Below, piece by piece: positions 8,036 through 17,938 of a stretch of DNA of 33,431 nucleotides; the first letter of the stretch is position 1; each line of letters opens with the position of its first letter. The translations under genes and the position numbers were made by a program. Source of the DNA: a virus. Its lineage: Duplodnaviria > Caudoviricetes. The DNA is taken from positions 1 to 33,431 of the IMG/VR virus record IMGVR_UViG_3300038379_000086, one strand, 5' to 3'. Under the pieces are notes generated by a model. It saw nothing but the letters and a program-made list of their open reading frames with translations. It was not told the origin of the DNA and did no database searches.

Positions 8036-8413
8036 TCATGGGTAATATTTCCTGTCTAACTCGATATGCGGCCCGTCCTTGAAGGTTTTGAAATCTCCTC
8101 CCCACAAGATCGGAACGCCTAGCGATTTTGATGCCTTCTTGAATGCAGCTGCAACAGGATAGAACGCAGGCCACTTCCAAGTAACTTGCCCGTCCACAAC
8201 CGGTGCAAAATCAACCGCATGGCCCGTGAGATGACGTGATTTCATCGTGCGCGATGCGCCTGCCGCCACAAGCTGCTTCTGCCTCTCAAGCGTGCGCCGC
8301 CCTTCCGTCACGATGAACGGCGTCTCGCTGATGCCCGCCGCGCGCACAACCACCTTCACGAGGTCAGGATGCACACCGTTTAGGCGCTTCATGCTTGTGG
8401 CGTTGAGTGTCAT
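8036..8413 (-). CDS. Endolysin, M15-family (L-Ala-D-Glu type) peptidase
   Basis: TEGRRT, SRHLTGHAVD, WGGDF...DGPHIEL zinc-binding motifs. Confidence 0.92.
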   Translation of the reverse strand: MTLNATSMKRLNGVHPDLVKVVVRAAGISETPFIVTEGRRTLERQKQLVAAGASRTMKSRHLTGHAVDFAPVVDGQVTWKWPAFYPVAAAFKKASKSLGVPILWGGDFKTFKDGPHIELDRKYYP

Positions 8414-9216
8414 GGCATGCTTGTAAAGCGGCGTGCTTTCAGCCGTGTGTAAATCTGATTAAGTTGCGTCGTCGTTAAGTTCGTTGACCAAATAGCGCAA
8501 CACGCAAGCCGTGTCGTGTTCGGCAACGACGTGCTTAAATTTGTTCCTATGCGCGCAATGTCTGTGTACGGCCCCGTAAACGTCGACGCTGCCGTTGTGT
8601 GGTTGCTTGTGTTTGCGTTGATGACAAAATCAATTGTCGTTCCTGGCTCATTATATGACCAGGATATAAAATTCCATTGACTCGTAGTTGCTGTAACGGT
8701 CGACGTGATGGTCTCATTAAACAATAAGTTACTGTAAGTGTGCGCAAAGTTGATAGCCTCATTGGAGGCGAAGTAGGCAAGAATGTAGTTGTTGCCGCCG
8801 GTATTGTCGAAAATGACCTCATTACCACCCATGTTCGGCACCCACATCACGTACAGCATAGTGAATGTTGCGTTGTTGTAGGCGTAAGCTTCTGTGTCGG
8901 GGACACCATCCGTCGAGTTTTCAAAATAGTCGCCGCCGTCAAAGCTGAAATATGTGCTTTCGTCAGCTACCCCAGCAGTCCCGTTGAATGTTGGGTCAGA
9001 TGCCTCAGACGATGTGGATGCGCCACGGGTGAAATTATTCCCGTTCGCGATATCTGTCCACGTTTGCGATGTTCCGTCATATGAACGAAGATCGGCCGCA
9101 TCCATGCAAACGACGAGGTTTGAGGTCAGCCCTAATTCCTGGATGATATCGTACAGAAATTTAGAGCTAGGCTCTTGCCCACCAAATCCAACTAGCTGCG
9201 TGTTGACGAGCGTCAT
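8410..9216 (-). CDS. Tail-associated LamG/concanavalin-A-like domain protein (candidate receptor-binding protein)
   Basis: LVVCMDAAD.RSY.G..QTWTD, YFSFDGGDY, WNFISWSY, LTTTQLNQIY; follows the tail fibre gene. Confidence 0.7.
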   Translation of the reverse strand: MTLVNTQLVGFGGQEPSSKFLYDIIQELGLTSNLVVCMDAADLRSYDGTSQTWTDIANGNNFTRGASTSSEASDPTFNGTAGVADESTYFSFDGGDYFENSTDGVPDTEAYAYNNATFTMLYVMWVPNMGGNEVIFDNTGGNNYILAYFASNEAINFAHTYSNLLFNETITSTVTATTSQWNFISWSYNEPGTTIDFVINANTSNHTTAASTFTGPYTDIARIGTNLSTSLPNTTRLACCAIWSTNLTTTQLNQIYTRLKARRFTSMP

Positions 9217-10463
9217 CAGCGATCCGTCGCGGTGTCGTAGGTGATGAACACGGCAACGCCGTGCAGACGCGCATCAACGGCCATTGTGTCAGATCCATTC
9301 GCCGGATCGCGCCCAACCTGGAAAATCACCAGGTCGCTCTCCGCAGGCGTGCCACCGATCGTGACGGCGGAGCTTTCCGCGCCTCGATAAAGATCGTTCG
9401 TCGTGCCGCCCGTATCCGTCACCGTGATTGCCGTGCCGAACGCCTGATCCAGCGCATCGTCATCGCTGAAGGCAAAACCTGCGAGCGTCCATGCAACTCC
9501 GAAGTTTGTCGCGGTGGACGGATGCGACCACACAGGAACGAATGTCACCGTTCCCTCGTTCCACCCCTTCGGCATCTGCACCGAGAATTGCGCGAATTCT
9601 GCCGTCGACGCATCGAAATCCAAGGTCTTGATCATCACCTTGTTCGTCGTAGTCTCAACCGTACCGCTCGCCGCGCCGTTCGTTGTGCGCGCGACCATCG
9701 AGCCGGCAGGAACCCATATCGTCGATTTTCCCGGCGCACCGCCACGCAACGCGCGGTAGTTCGTGCCGTCCGAGGTGATCAGCGCCCATTGATTGGTTTG
9801 AAGCACCAGAGTTGCCGCGCCGTTGATCGTGCTCGTCGTCGGCGTGTAGGTCACCTCGCCAGCGCCGATGTTCTCCGCAAAGTGGAACCACCCGCTTGCG
9901 AACGTCGTCGAGTTGGCTTGCGGCTGCGTGACTGCGATTGCGGATGCGTTGGAGTAGGTAACGTGCTTGCCCCGGTCGCCGGTTAGAACCGTGTACGTTG
10001 TGCCGGTCTGCGCGTTACGCGGAAACTGCTGCTCATAGAACCGCGACGACGAAAGCAGGATCATGTCCGTTCCGTCGTATGCGAACAGAAGCATGTCGTT
10101 CGTCGCCCACTCGGGCACGGACAAAGCACTGCCACCGAGCTTCTTGATCGTCTTCGCGCCGACGCTCGAGACATTCAGTGTCGGATTGCTGACCGTGTTC
10201 GCACCGGTTGCTTTGATCAGGTACCGCTGATTGGTGGCATAGGCCGTGAGAGCCGGCGTCACGGTGAGTGTGATAGCGTCCGCCGTGCCGCCGACGGTCC
10301 CTGTGGTCGTACCGTTGGCGAGCATGTCACGCATGACGGCCAGTTCCGCGATGAAGCCGCGAATGGCATCGTTGACCGCGCTAGGGTTCATTCCCTCGGC
10401 GATAGAGATACCGCCTACGGTCGTGTTCGATGCGGCAGTTGTTGACCAATCTCTGAGCGTCAT
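9216..10463 (-). CDS. Tail fibre protein
   Basis: WSTTAASN...IAEGMNPSAVNDAIR N-terminal anchor; Thr/Gly-rich beta modules (NAQTGTTYTV..GDRG, SDGTNY). Confidence 0.8.
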   Translation of the reverse strand: MTLRDWSTTAASNTTVGGISIAEGMNPSAVNDAIRGFIAELAVMRDMLANGTTTGTVGGTADAITLTVTPALTAYATNQRYLIKATGANTVSNPTLNVSSVGAKTIKKLGGSALSVPEWATNDMLLFAYDGTDMILLSSSRFYEQQFPRNAQTGTTYTVLTGDRGKHVTYSNASAIAVTQPQANSTTFASGWFHFAENIGAGEVTYTPTTSTINGAATLVLQTNQWALITSDGTNYRALRGGAPGKSTIWVPAGSMVARTTNGAASGTVETTTNKVMIKTLDFDASTAEFAQFSVQMPKGWNEGTVTFVPVWSHPSTATNFGVAWTLAGFAFSDDDALDQAFGTAITVTDTGGTTNDLYRGAESSAVTIGGTPAESDLVIFQVGRDPANGSDTMAVDARLHGVAVFITYDTATDR

Positions 10464-10560
10464 CGCGTTTCGTTCTTTGCTGTGTTAGGTGTGCGGAATG
10501 ACGCACGTCATCCCGTTTTTGATCGGCCGTCTGATCGTGTTCGCTGTGAAGCAGTGCGCG

Positions 10561-12294
10561 CTATGGCGCAAGCAGCCCCGTGTGAAAGTATTGCGGGGAG
10601 ACATATTGCCGCCCCAAAAGCCCAACCGTACCGGGAGCGGCACGCGCATACGCCTGCCCGACCCCACCGAGAGCGCCAAGCAATCCGGGATTAGGCTGCG
10701 GTAGAGCTTTGTTGATCATGGCACGTGCAAACGTCTGACTGTCGAGCAGTCCCCGAACAGCTGGCGGAGCCGTCAGAGCAACACCTAAACCTGTCGGGCC
10801 ACCGGCTAAAAAACCACCCCCAGCCACGCCACCACTCGTTGCCCAAGCGGCTAGCCCGCGTTGCGATGTCCCTGAATTCGGTAATTCCGTAAGCACATCT
10901 TTTGCAGCCGAAGCAATTTGTCCTAAATCGCTCCGCACATGCCCTTGCTCGCTTTTAACCGCAGCGAGCAAGCTCTCTGGAGAAATAAACCCGCGTTTTC
11001 CTTTTGTCGCAACGCGCTCCAACGTTTTAAGATTGGAGTATTGCTGATTGAGGCCGCGCAATTCCGTCCTAAATTGCGCAGGCGCATTGTCAGCCATTGC
11101 GTCAAGAATTGCACTCTTGATTTGGCGGCCAAGCGTAGAGACTGTCGGATCAGCACTGTTGATCGCCGCATTCAGCGGATCAATAGAGCCTGTTTTGAAC
11201 CTGTTCCAAACGATATTGCCGGGCGTTGGTCCCATCTGCACCAAATCATCGAAAGTGCCGTTTATTGCCCTTTCAACAACGCCAAATTGTTCATTTCCTA
11301 GACTGCGCCGAGCAGTCGCTTCAATCGTCGAAAGCGCATTCACCAAATTCGGCTGGTTCGCGATATCAACCGTGGTGCCAGCATATGTCCGCTCAAGATT
11401 GCCTGCGATGCGTGCTCGGGCACGATCAAGAACTTGTTGCGTAATCCTTGGCTCACTTTCTCCAATAGTCGTTGAGAGCAAGCGAACAAATTCCCTGTTT
11501 TGCCGCTGCGGAAAGTTCGAAGGTAAGAGCGATGCTGTGTCAGCACCTGATCGCCAATAACCAGGCATGTCGCTCTCAGCCATTTGAACCGGACTGACGG
11601 GAACACCTCTATCAGCGAGAAATCGTGCACTTTGCGCAATATCTTCTCGCACGCGTGGCAATGCAGCCCTGCCAACGGCCTTCACACCCTCGTGCACTAG
11701 TGGCCCCACCAGAAGCCCGCCAACCTCACCGTAGCCACCCGTGACGCCTGCCTTGTCAAGGGCGCGGCCAATTTCCGAGGTTGCGGTTGCCGTGAGGCCA
11801 GCGCCTGCACCGGCGGGACCGCCCCCAAACACAAGTTGCCCGGCCTTGCGTCCTATCCGCTCGCCCTCTGTGGCAGGTTCCTGGCCAACGATAGGCGGTA
11901 AGCCTAAGCCGCCCTGGCCCGCCAGAAACCGCCCGGCAATCTCTAGCGGCTGCGAAATTCCAATTGGGGCAAATTGTGGCGCTGCTACTGGCTTTTGAGC
12001 CGCACGCAGCCAATCTGCTTGCGTCATACCGCTTTGCGCCGGGTCCATCCCAGGCCGCCACTCGCGCCCTGTGAGCCAATTGAGACCCTGTCCAAGCAGT
12101 CCAAAAACGTCCATAGGAAGGCCGGGCGCACCGCCTGCCAATTGCAGGGCGCTAACGCCGGGAGCCAACGCAAGGTCGGTTAGCGAGCCGGACGATTGCG
12201 GTGGCGGAACTTGATCTGCGCCATCGAATTGATCGAACGGGTTCGCATCCTTCTTTGCAGGAGCGTCGAATTGATCGAACGGGTTTGCCATCAC
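10561..12294 (-). CDS. Internal virion / DNA ejection protein
   Basis: Gly/Ala-rich 577 aa, duplicated ANPFDQFD at the N-terminus, LPNSGTSQR motif; third gene of the ejection cluster. Confidence 0.7.
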   Translation of the reverse strand: MMANPFDQFDAPAKKDANPFDQFDGADQVPPPQSSGSLTDLALAPGVSALQLAGGAPGLPMDVFGLLGQGLNWLTGREWRPGMDPAQSGMTQADWLRAAQKPVAAPQFAPIGISQPLEIAGRFLAGQGGLGLPPIVGQEPATEGERIGRKAGQLVFGGGPAGAGAGLTATATSEIGRALDKAGVTGGYGEVGGLLVGPLVHEGVKAVGRAALPRVREDIAQSARFLADRGVPVSPVQMAESDMPGYWRSGADTASLLPSNFPQRQNREFVRLLSTTIGESEPRITQQVLDRARARIAGNLERTYAGTTVDIANQPNLVNALSTIEATARRSLGNEQFGVVERAINGTFDDLVQMGPTPGNIVWNRFKTGSIDPLNAAINSADPTVSTLGRQIKSAILDAMADNAPAQFRTELRGLNQQYSNLKTLERVATKGKRGFISPESLLAAVKSEQGHVRSDLGQIASAAKDVLTELPNSGTSQRGLAAWATSGGVAGGGFLAGGPTGLGVALTAPPAVRGLLDSQTFARAMINKALPQPNPGLLGALGGVGQAYARAAPGTVGLLGRQYVSPQYFHTGLLAP

Positions 12295-13994
12295 TTGCCC
12301 AGCAGCCGCGCAGCCGCGCCCTGTCCGTACTTTGCATCGAACTGTGCGGCTAACTCAGGATGCGCCATCAAATGCTCAATCGCTTGGGGCGGAATTGCGA
12401 CTGGCATTTTCGCTCCGCCCTGGCCAGGCGCAACCTTCACGTCAGATTTATCTTGCGTTGGCCGCTTTGGTTTCTCGCGCCGTGAAATACCGCGCGCGTA
12501 ATCCTTCACGATCCGGCCGGGCTCAAAGCCGTACTGTTTAGCAAGGTCAGTGTAGTCCGACTTCAAGTTTTCGTAGCCGGTCAGCGCAGCGCCATATAAC
12601 TCGTCAGCGCTGTTCAAGAAATCTTCACGTGCACCAGGCGTAAGTCTTTGACCTTTCCAAACCGCGCCAACTTTATCCCAAGAAATGCCGAGCCGCTCAA
12701 GCAGCGGCGCCGCTGTCTCAGCAAGTGCAAACTCGCTTTCACGAACAACTGACCCAGGGTCAAGCATTTTCACGAACGAGTAGATTAGAGCCAGATCTCC
12801 AGCAGCTGAGTCTGGCGAGCGATTAATGCGGGTGAACGCATCGCGCACTGTGACGAAATCCTTCGCCTTATCGCCGTACTCAGTACGCAATCCCTTTTCG
12901 TTGTCGAATGCTTCATTTGGCGATGGTGGAAGCTGATTTTTTTCCTTCGCAAGGCGCATCTGTTGATCAAACTCGCCAGACGATTTAGCCGCCTGCATCT
13001 GCCACTCAAGCATCCGCTTCATCTTGCTCTCGGCAAACGCAACGCCTGCGTTACCACCCTTCGCCGCCGCCTGCTGCGCATCAGCATACGCAATCATGTT
13101 GATTTGCTTCTCGATGTGCTTCGGGATCGGCACCTCGGAGAATTGCTGCGGCGACGGTTGCGCAGGCGGTGCTGTTTGCGGTGCAACGGCAGGTGCGGCT
13201 TGTGCCGCCATCGGCGCTTGCAGCCCAGCAAGCTCAAGCACCGTATCGGCATACTTGCCGCCAGCAGGATTGTCAGGGCTCGCGTTGTAGCGCCATAGCG
13301 CCTGACGCATGTCACCTTTGTTCTGCTTCAACAGATCCGCCATGTAACGGCCCTGCGCCTCGATCGACTTCTCGGGATTGGCGCGATAGTCGAAATCCTT
13401 GCCGATCAAGCCATACTGGCGCGCTGTGTCCGGGATGAACTGCGAGAGGCCAAGCTCGCCAGCCTTGCCGGTGATGTTCGGATTCCACGAACTTTCGTGT
13501 TGAATTTGTGCCGCCAACACCTCGCGCGGAATACCGGTGTTCATCGCAACGCGGTTGATGATCGGCGCGTATTGCTCGGGGATTTGCAGCTTCGCGCTGC
13601 GCTGCGGTGCTGGCATCGCGGCAGGCGGTTGCGCGCCTTCCATCGGTGGCGGCGCAATATTAGGCGCGGGCGGTGTCATCACCTCACCACCGCCCATCTG
13701 CGCCATCATGTCGGGAATGCGCCTCATAAAGTCGGCATTTGAGAGGGCGTTCCGCTCCGCCAATTCCTGCTCGCGTTGCAGCTTCTCAAGATGAATACGC
13801 CGCAGTTCACTCTCGGCCGTAACTTGGTCCTGCTCTTGCATTGACCCGAACGCGCGCGAGATGTCTTGCCCGACCGAGTGTGGCCTCGGCGACGGACCGC
13901 CTTGCTCAAGCAGTGCCATGCCGAGGCGAAACCACGGGTCTGCCATCAGGCCGGGCAGGAAGCCTTTCTGCGGAGGGGAGAGCAATCCGGCCAT
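12291..13994 (-). CDS. Internal virion / ejection protein with lytic transglycosylase (SLT) domain
   Basis: QHESSWNP...GELGLSQFIPDTA...ALWRYNA SLT motifs; C-terminal GDLALIYSFVKMLDPGSVVRESEF region. Confidence 0.85.
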   Translation of the reverse strand: MAGLLSPPQKGFLPGLMADPWFRLGMALLEQGGPSPRPHSVGQDISRAFGSMQEQDQVTAESELRRIHLEKLQREQELAERNALSNADFMRRIPDMMAQMGGGEVMTPPAPNIAPPPMEGAQPPAAMPAPQRSAKLQIPEQYAPIINRVAMNTGIPREVLAAQIQHESSWNPNITGKAGELGLSQFIPDTARQYGLIGKDFDYRANPEKSIEAQGRYMADLLKQNKGDMRQALWRYNASPDNPAGGKYADTVLELAGLQAPMAAQAAPAVAPQTAPPAQPSPQQFSEVPIPKHIEKQINMIAYADAQQAAAKGGNAGVAFAESKMKRMLEWQMQAAKSSGEFDQQMRLAKEKNQLPPSPNEAFDNEKGLRTEYGDKAKDFVTVRDAFTRINRSPDSAAGDLALIYSFVKMLDPGSVVRESEFALAETAAPLLERLGISWDKVGAVWKGQRLTPGAREDFLNSADELYGAALTGYENLKSDYTDLAKQYGFEPGRIVKDYARGISRREKPKRPTQDKSDVKVAPGQGGAKMPVAIPPQAIEHLMAHPELAAQFDAKYGQGAAARLLGK

Positions 13995-15155
13995 CTATGC
14001 CGCCACCTTCTCTTCAAGAGCCTCAATCTTACGCGTGAGCGCCGGCACTGCGGCCCAAAGCACACCGAGCAGCTTCGGCATCGGGATCGTGTGTCCATCG
14101 CCGCCGAACTCGCGCGCGAAATCATCCGCCATCGGCCCGACGCGCAAGCCGCCAAACCGTGGCCCCAACTCTTCCTTGTAACGATACTCGCTCGCTGGCG
14201 TGCGCTTGAACTTGTCCAACACGTCGTCGTCAGCAACCAGCTTGATGTCGGTTTTGACATTCGGATCAGAGAAGACACTTGCAGCCAATGCCGCGCCCTC
14301 AATTCCTGCTGTGTATGCTGGCGCTGCCATGAATGCGAGCGCGGCCGGAGAAAGCGCAGCTGCGCCGCCACCAAACAATCCAAGCGTATTGCCGATGCCA
14401 GCAAGACCGGAACCAACGCCGAGAATGTTGCTCAATGCATTCTGATTGTTCGGCCCCGTTGTCGTTGACGACGACGTTTGACCTTGACCAGCAACCGGCG
14501 AGACGATACCGAAGAAATCACGCAAGCGGTTGAGCGGCTCATTCTGATAGAACGAATACCGATTTTGAGCGTCTGTCAGGTAGTTCCCGGCTTGCTGCTC
14601 ATAAGCGCCGCCAACGCCAGCCAACTGGCTTGCATCAAAGTAGTCTTGCTGCGCCATTTGCGGCGCGAAGAACATGCCCTGAATTTGCCGCTGACGCTCC
14701 GTGTCATACGCACCGCCATAGAGCTTCGTCGCCAAATCGCCAAGGTTCTCGGCCATCGCGCCTTGATGCAGCGAACCACCGTAACCGCCGGCGCTGTTGA
14801 ACTGACTGTCGAGCGCGCTACGCATCTTTCCAGCAGCAAGGTCGAACGTGCCTGAAAGCCACGGATTGCTATTCGGATCGAGGTACTTGCCCGCAAGAGT
14901 GTCGGAAAGTGTGCCCTGTGCCGCACGAGTGAGCGGCGAGCCGGAAAGCGCGCGCTGCGCAGTCATTCCAAGCGCTTGCTCAGTGAGCGGATTGAATGGG
15001 ACGACAGTTGAGCCTGGAAACGGTGACCGCCCGTAGTCGCTGCGATACCACTTCGCAAGGTCGCCAAGACCGCCGCTTAGATACGGCGTTGCACCGCTCC
15101 ACGGATCAGCCTTTTGGATCGTCTGTGTGGAGTTAGACCCGCCGCCTTTGCTCAA
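13995..15155 (-). CDS. Internal virion / ejection protein with C-terminal peptidase S74-like (intramolecular chaperone) domain
   Basis: MSKGGGS..TQT N-terminus, Gly/Gln/Ala-rich body, FSDPNVKTDI...YRYK...GPMADD...terminal coiled coil. Confidence 0.75.
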   Translation of the reverse strand: MSKGGGSNSTQTIQKADPWSGATPYLSGGLGDLAKWYRSDYGRSPFPGSTVVPFNPLTEQALGMTAQRALSGSPLTRAAQGTLSDTLAGKYLDPNSNPWLSGTFDLAAGKMRSALDSQFNSAGGYGGSLHQGAMAENLGDLATKLYGGAYDTERQRQIQGMFFAPQMAQQDYFDASQLAGVGGAYEQQAGNYLTDAQNRYSFYQNEPLNRLRDFFGIVSPVAGQGQTSSSTTTGPNNQNALSNILGVGSGLAGIGNTLGLFGGGAAALSPAALAFMAAPAYTAGIEGAALAASVFSDPNVKTDIKLVADDDVLDKFKRTPASEYRYKEELGPRFGGLRVGPMADDFAREFGGDGHTIPMPKLLGVLWAAVPALTRKIEALEEKVAA

Positions 15156-15571
15156 TGACTTAACTCCTTCGAAAACAACACGCCGTCTTGGCGAAACCCG
15201 AAGCCGCTAAGCCATCCGGCACGCCCGCCACCGGTCAGCAGCGCAGCATCCCACTCGCGACCCCACTTACCCAACTCGTCAATCATCGCTTTCAGCCACT
15301 CGCGACCCTTGCCGCGCTCGCCACCGGCCCAACGCGCAACCATGAGCGTCATGCGCGGGTACTTCTCCAGCGTCGTGATCGCCATGCCAATGATCCTCTC
15401 CGCATCGATCGCGACCCAGAGGATCATTTCCTTCTTCTCGCACGCCTCACGCACATCGCTCGGATCGTACAAGCGCGGACCGTGTTCCATCGCCTTTTCA
15501 AGCCACGGCTCGATCGTGTCCCACGCAACGGCGATACGGTCAGGGCGAACGGGAACGATGCTGACGCTCAT
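15152..15571 (-). CDS. Conserved phage protein, possible GNAT-like fold
   Basis: 139 aa, ILWVA...IGMAIT...GRAGW..FGF; usual position before podoviral ejection genes. Confidence 0.65.
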   Translation of the reverse strand: MSVSIVPVRPDRIAVAWDTIEPWLEKAMEHGPRLYDPSDVREACEKKEMILWVAIDAERIIGMAITTLEKYPRMTLMVARWAGGERGKGREWLKAMIDELGKWGREWDAALLTGGGRAGWLSGFGFRQDGVLFSKELSH

Positions 15572-16098
15572 CCGTTCTGGAACCTGTCAAGCAATCCGCC
15601 AAGCTGCGGAAAACGGCCTTGGAGTTGGCTGAACAAGCCGCTATTGCGAAATTTATCGACCAAACCGCTCACGCGCGGATCATTACGCAAACCGCTAAGC
15701 AGACCGGCTAAGCCTTGATGCTGCTGACCTTGCGGCTGTGGCGACGCAGCACCAGGCTGCGCAACAGGTGGAGATTGACCGCCGAGAACGCCTTGCAAGC
15801 CCGGAAAGCGCTCGCCGACGCTTGAAGTCATCAGCGGCGAGCCAGAAACGCCTGGAGCCATGAAGTTGCCGCCCTGCCAGTAGTTCTGCGGCGGCGTGAG
15901 ACTGAACCCGCCTGCAGGCGGCGGACGAAAGCCGGACTGAAACCCGCCGTTCGCGCCGCCATCACCCCCAAAGTTGCCAGATATTTGACTGTTTACGAAC
16001 GGCCACAGATTGCCGAACGTCATGTCGTAGAACTGTGACGCGTTGGGATCGCCAAACTGGCCGATGAAGTTTCTGAGACCGCTGTCGTCGATTGCCAT
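15568..16098 (-). CDS. Gly/Gln/Pro-rich hypothetical virion-region protein
   Basis: 176 aa, low complexity, coupled to neighbours. Confidence 0.6.
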   Translation of the reverse strand: MAIDDSGLRNFIGQFGDPNASQFYDMTFGNLWPFVNSQISGNFGGDGGANGGFQSGFRPPPAGGFSLTPPQNYWQGGNFMAPGVSGSPLMTSSVGERFPGLQGVLGGQSPPVAQPGAASPQPQGQQHQGLAGLLSGLRNDPRVSGLVDKFRNSGLFSQLQGRFPQLGGLLDRFQNG

Positions 16099-16103
16099 GC
16101 TGA

Positions 16104-16436
16104 TTACCCTATGATGACGACGCGGAACGTCCGGTCGGTTTGAGCATTATTTGCGTGCGTTATGACGAGCGAGCCGTTCACGCGACCTGTCTCGCTCATG
16201 TACAGCGTACCAGCGCCGATCTCAGCCGCTGCATTCGCCGTCGTCGGTACGAGCACAACGGTGCTGTCGACACTGATCCGATCATCCGTCATCGTCGAGC
16301 TTGCAACGTTCGCGGTCAGAGTGAACAGCCCACCGGTATTCATGTGCCCGTGCGTCATGTCGTTGACGCGGCGCGATACTTTCAGTAGCCATTCACGCCA
16401 ATCCGTACCGGTCTCTGGGACCGCTGGTTTAGCCAC
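16104..16436 (-). CDS. Small tail-associated protein
   Basis: 110 aa, beta-rich, directly after the tail tube gene. Confidence 0.7.
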   Translation of the reverse strand: MAKPAVPETGTDWREWLLKVSRRVNDMTHGHMNTGGLFTLTANVASSTMTDDRISVDSTVVLVPTTANAAAEIGAGTLYMSETGRVNGSLVITHANNAQTDRTFRVVIIG

Positions 16437-17938
16437 TACGCACCGCCAGCATCATCCATCAGCGGTTCGCCGCCGTTCGCGTGCGTCCAATCGGATGCCG
16501 CCGCGATGTCCGTCACAAACCGTGGGTGGCGCGTGTTTTTGCGCATCGGAGCGACTTTCATGCGGTTCAAGCTCGTCGACGATCCGTAAGTCACGCTCTC
16601 GTTTTGCGTCTCGCGATACCCGAGCTTGGCCGTCACGGTCGCGGTTGCGCCCGACACGATCGGCCGATAGCCACGCACGAAGAACCGCCGCCCCTGCCCG
16701 TCCGCATCACCGGTTTCAAGCTGTGCCGCCATGTTTGAGCCGGTGAAGAACCCAAGCTGATGCGAGGAATTGAACGCTGCAAGCGCAGGCTTGCCGTTTC
16801 CGGCCCAAATGCGGCTATCAAGCGACGCGGGGAGCGTTTCGAGCGTACCGAACGCATCGAGTTGCTCGAGCGTGTAGCCAACGCTTCCTAGCGTGGTCAG
16901 AAACTCCGTTGTGACGCTTGTCGGCGGGCTCCACTGCTGCGCCGCCCACGAGTACATGAGCAGCGTATCCGGGTCGCCACCGCTCGACACAGACGGATAG
17001 GCCACGATGTAGAGCTTATTGATCGGATCAATGACAGCGGCAATGCGGTAAAGCAGGCTTTGGTTGACCGTTTGATAGAACGTCTTGTCTACCTTACCCG
17101 CGCCGATCGGATGCGAGGTCGTCCCATCGCACAGGTAGAACCCATCCTCACCCAGATAGATGAACCACCCCTTGAACCGAGCAACGCTGCCTGGCGATGG
17201 CGTGCCGATACCGCCTTCCATCGGTTGAAAGGCGAACACCTCGGGTGTGCCGACGTAGATGCAACGAAACACCGCTCGCTCTTGTAGGATTACCGCATCG
17301 AGCGTGCCGACACGCGGAATGATCTTCTGCACCCATCCGCCATTGCCGTAAATGTTGACGCGCCCGGATTGCACCGCAGCCGCGGCCGACGTTCCAGCCG
17401 TCGGAAAGCTTGTCGGGTCGCCGATGGCGCTCCACCACATGCCATCCGTCTGCGCGCCATACGTACCGTCGTTCGTGTTCCCCAACATGAGGAAGTTTGC
17501 CACAACGTCCATGTGCCGCGCTTTTGGCTGCGCCCCGGACGAAAGCAGGTTGTCGAATAGCGAGGACGAACCGAGCGTGTAGGTCTGGATCGCGTCCGCA
17601 ACATTTGTCGCGAGAACGCGCTGCCCGAATTGCGTAAATTCCCAAAACTCGTTCGATGCGCACGCGTACGTCGTTGCCGACTTAGAGACGTCTGAAAACG
17701 TCGCGCCGGACGACGATTTGTAGAGTTTGCCGGCTGTTCCGGCCCAGAGCGCGACGTTACCGCCGCTGTCGTTCGAATAGAACGCGCCCTGACACCGCTG
17801 CGCGAGCGCCGTGAATGCCGCCATGAACGAGGCAACTGGCCCGTAGGTCTTGTTCGGGCGAGCGAAAACGTTCGAGCCACCAACCAACACGCTTAGATTG
17901 CCAGGCGCATCTGGAACGTACTCGCCGAACGGTATCAT
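16436..17938 (-). CDS. Tail tubular protein B / nozzle (P22 gp10-like position)
   Basis: 500 aa, beta-propeller-like (WWSAIGDPTSF, FIYLGEDGFY..DG...PIG); synteny. Confidence 0.75.
   Translation of the reverse strand: MIPFGEYVPDAPGNLSVLVGGSNVFARPNKTYGPVASFMAAFTALAQRCQGAFYSNDSGGNVALWAGTAGKLYKSSSGATFSDVSKSATTYACASNEFWEFTQFGQRVLATNVADAIQTYTLGSSSLFDNLLSSGAQPKARHMDVVANFLMLGNTNDGTYGAQTDGMWWSAIGDPTSFPTAGTSAAAAVQSGRVNIYGNGGWVQKIIPRVGTLDAVILQERAVFRCIYVGTPEVFAFQPMEGGIGTPSPGSVARFKGWFIYLGEDGFYLCDGTTSHPIGAGKVDKTFYQTVNQSLLYRIAAVIDPINKLYIVAYPSVSSGGDPDTLLMYSWAAQQWSPPTSVTTEFLTTLGSVGYTLEQLDAFGTLETLPASLDSRIWAGNGKPALAAFNSSHQLGFFTGSNMAAQLETGDADGQGRRFFVRGYRPIVSGATATVTAKLGYRETQNESVTYGSSTSLNRMKVAPMRKNTRHPRFVTDIAAASDWTHANGGEPLMDDAGGA

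Noticed and set aside
12224-12285. 20-bp direct repeat TCGAATTGATCGAACGGGTT as an att site or regulatory element
   Set aside because: Explained by the duplicated NPFDQF(D) peptide at the N-terminus of the ejection protein
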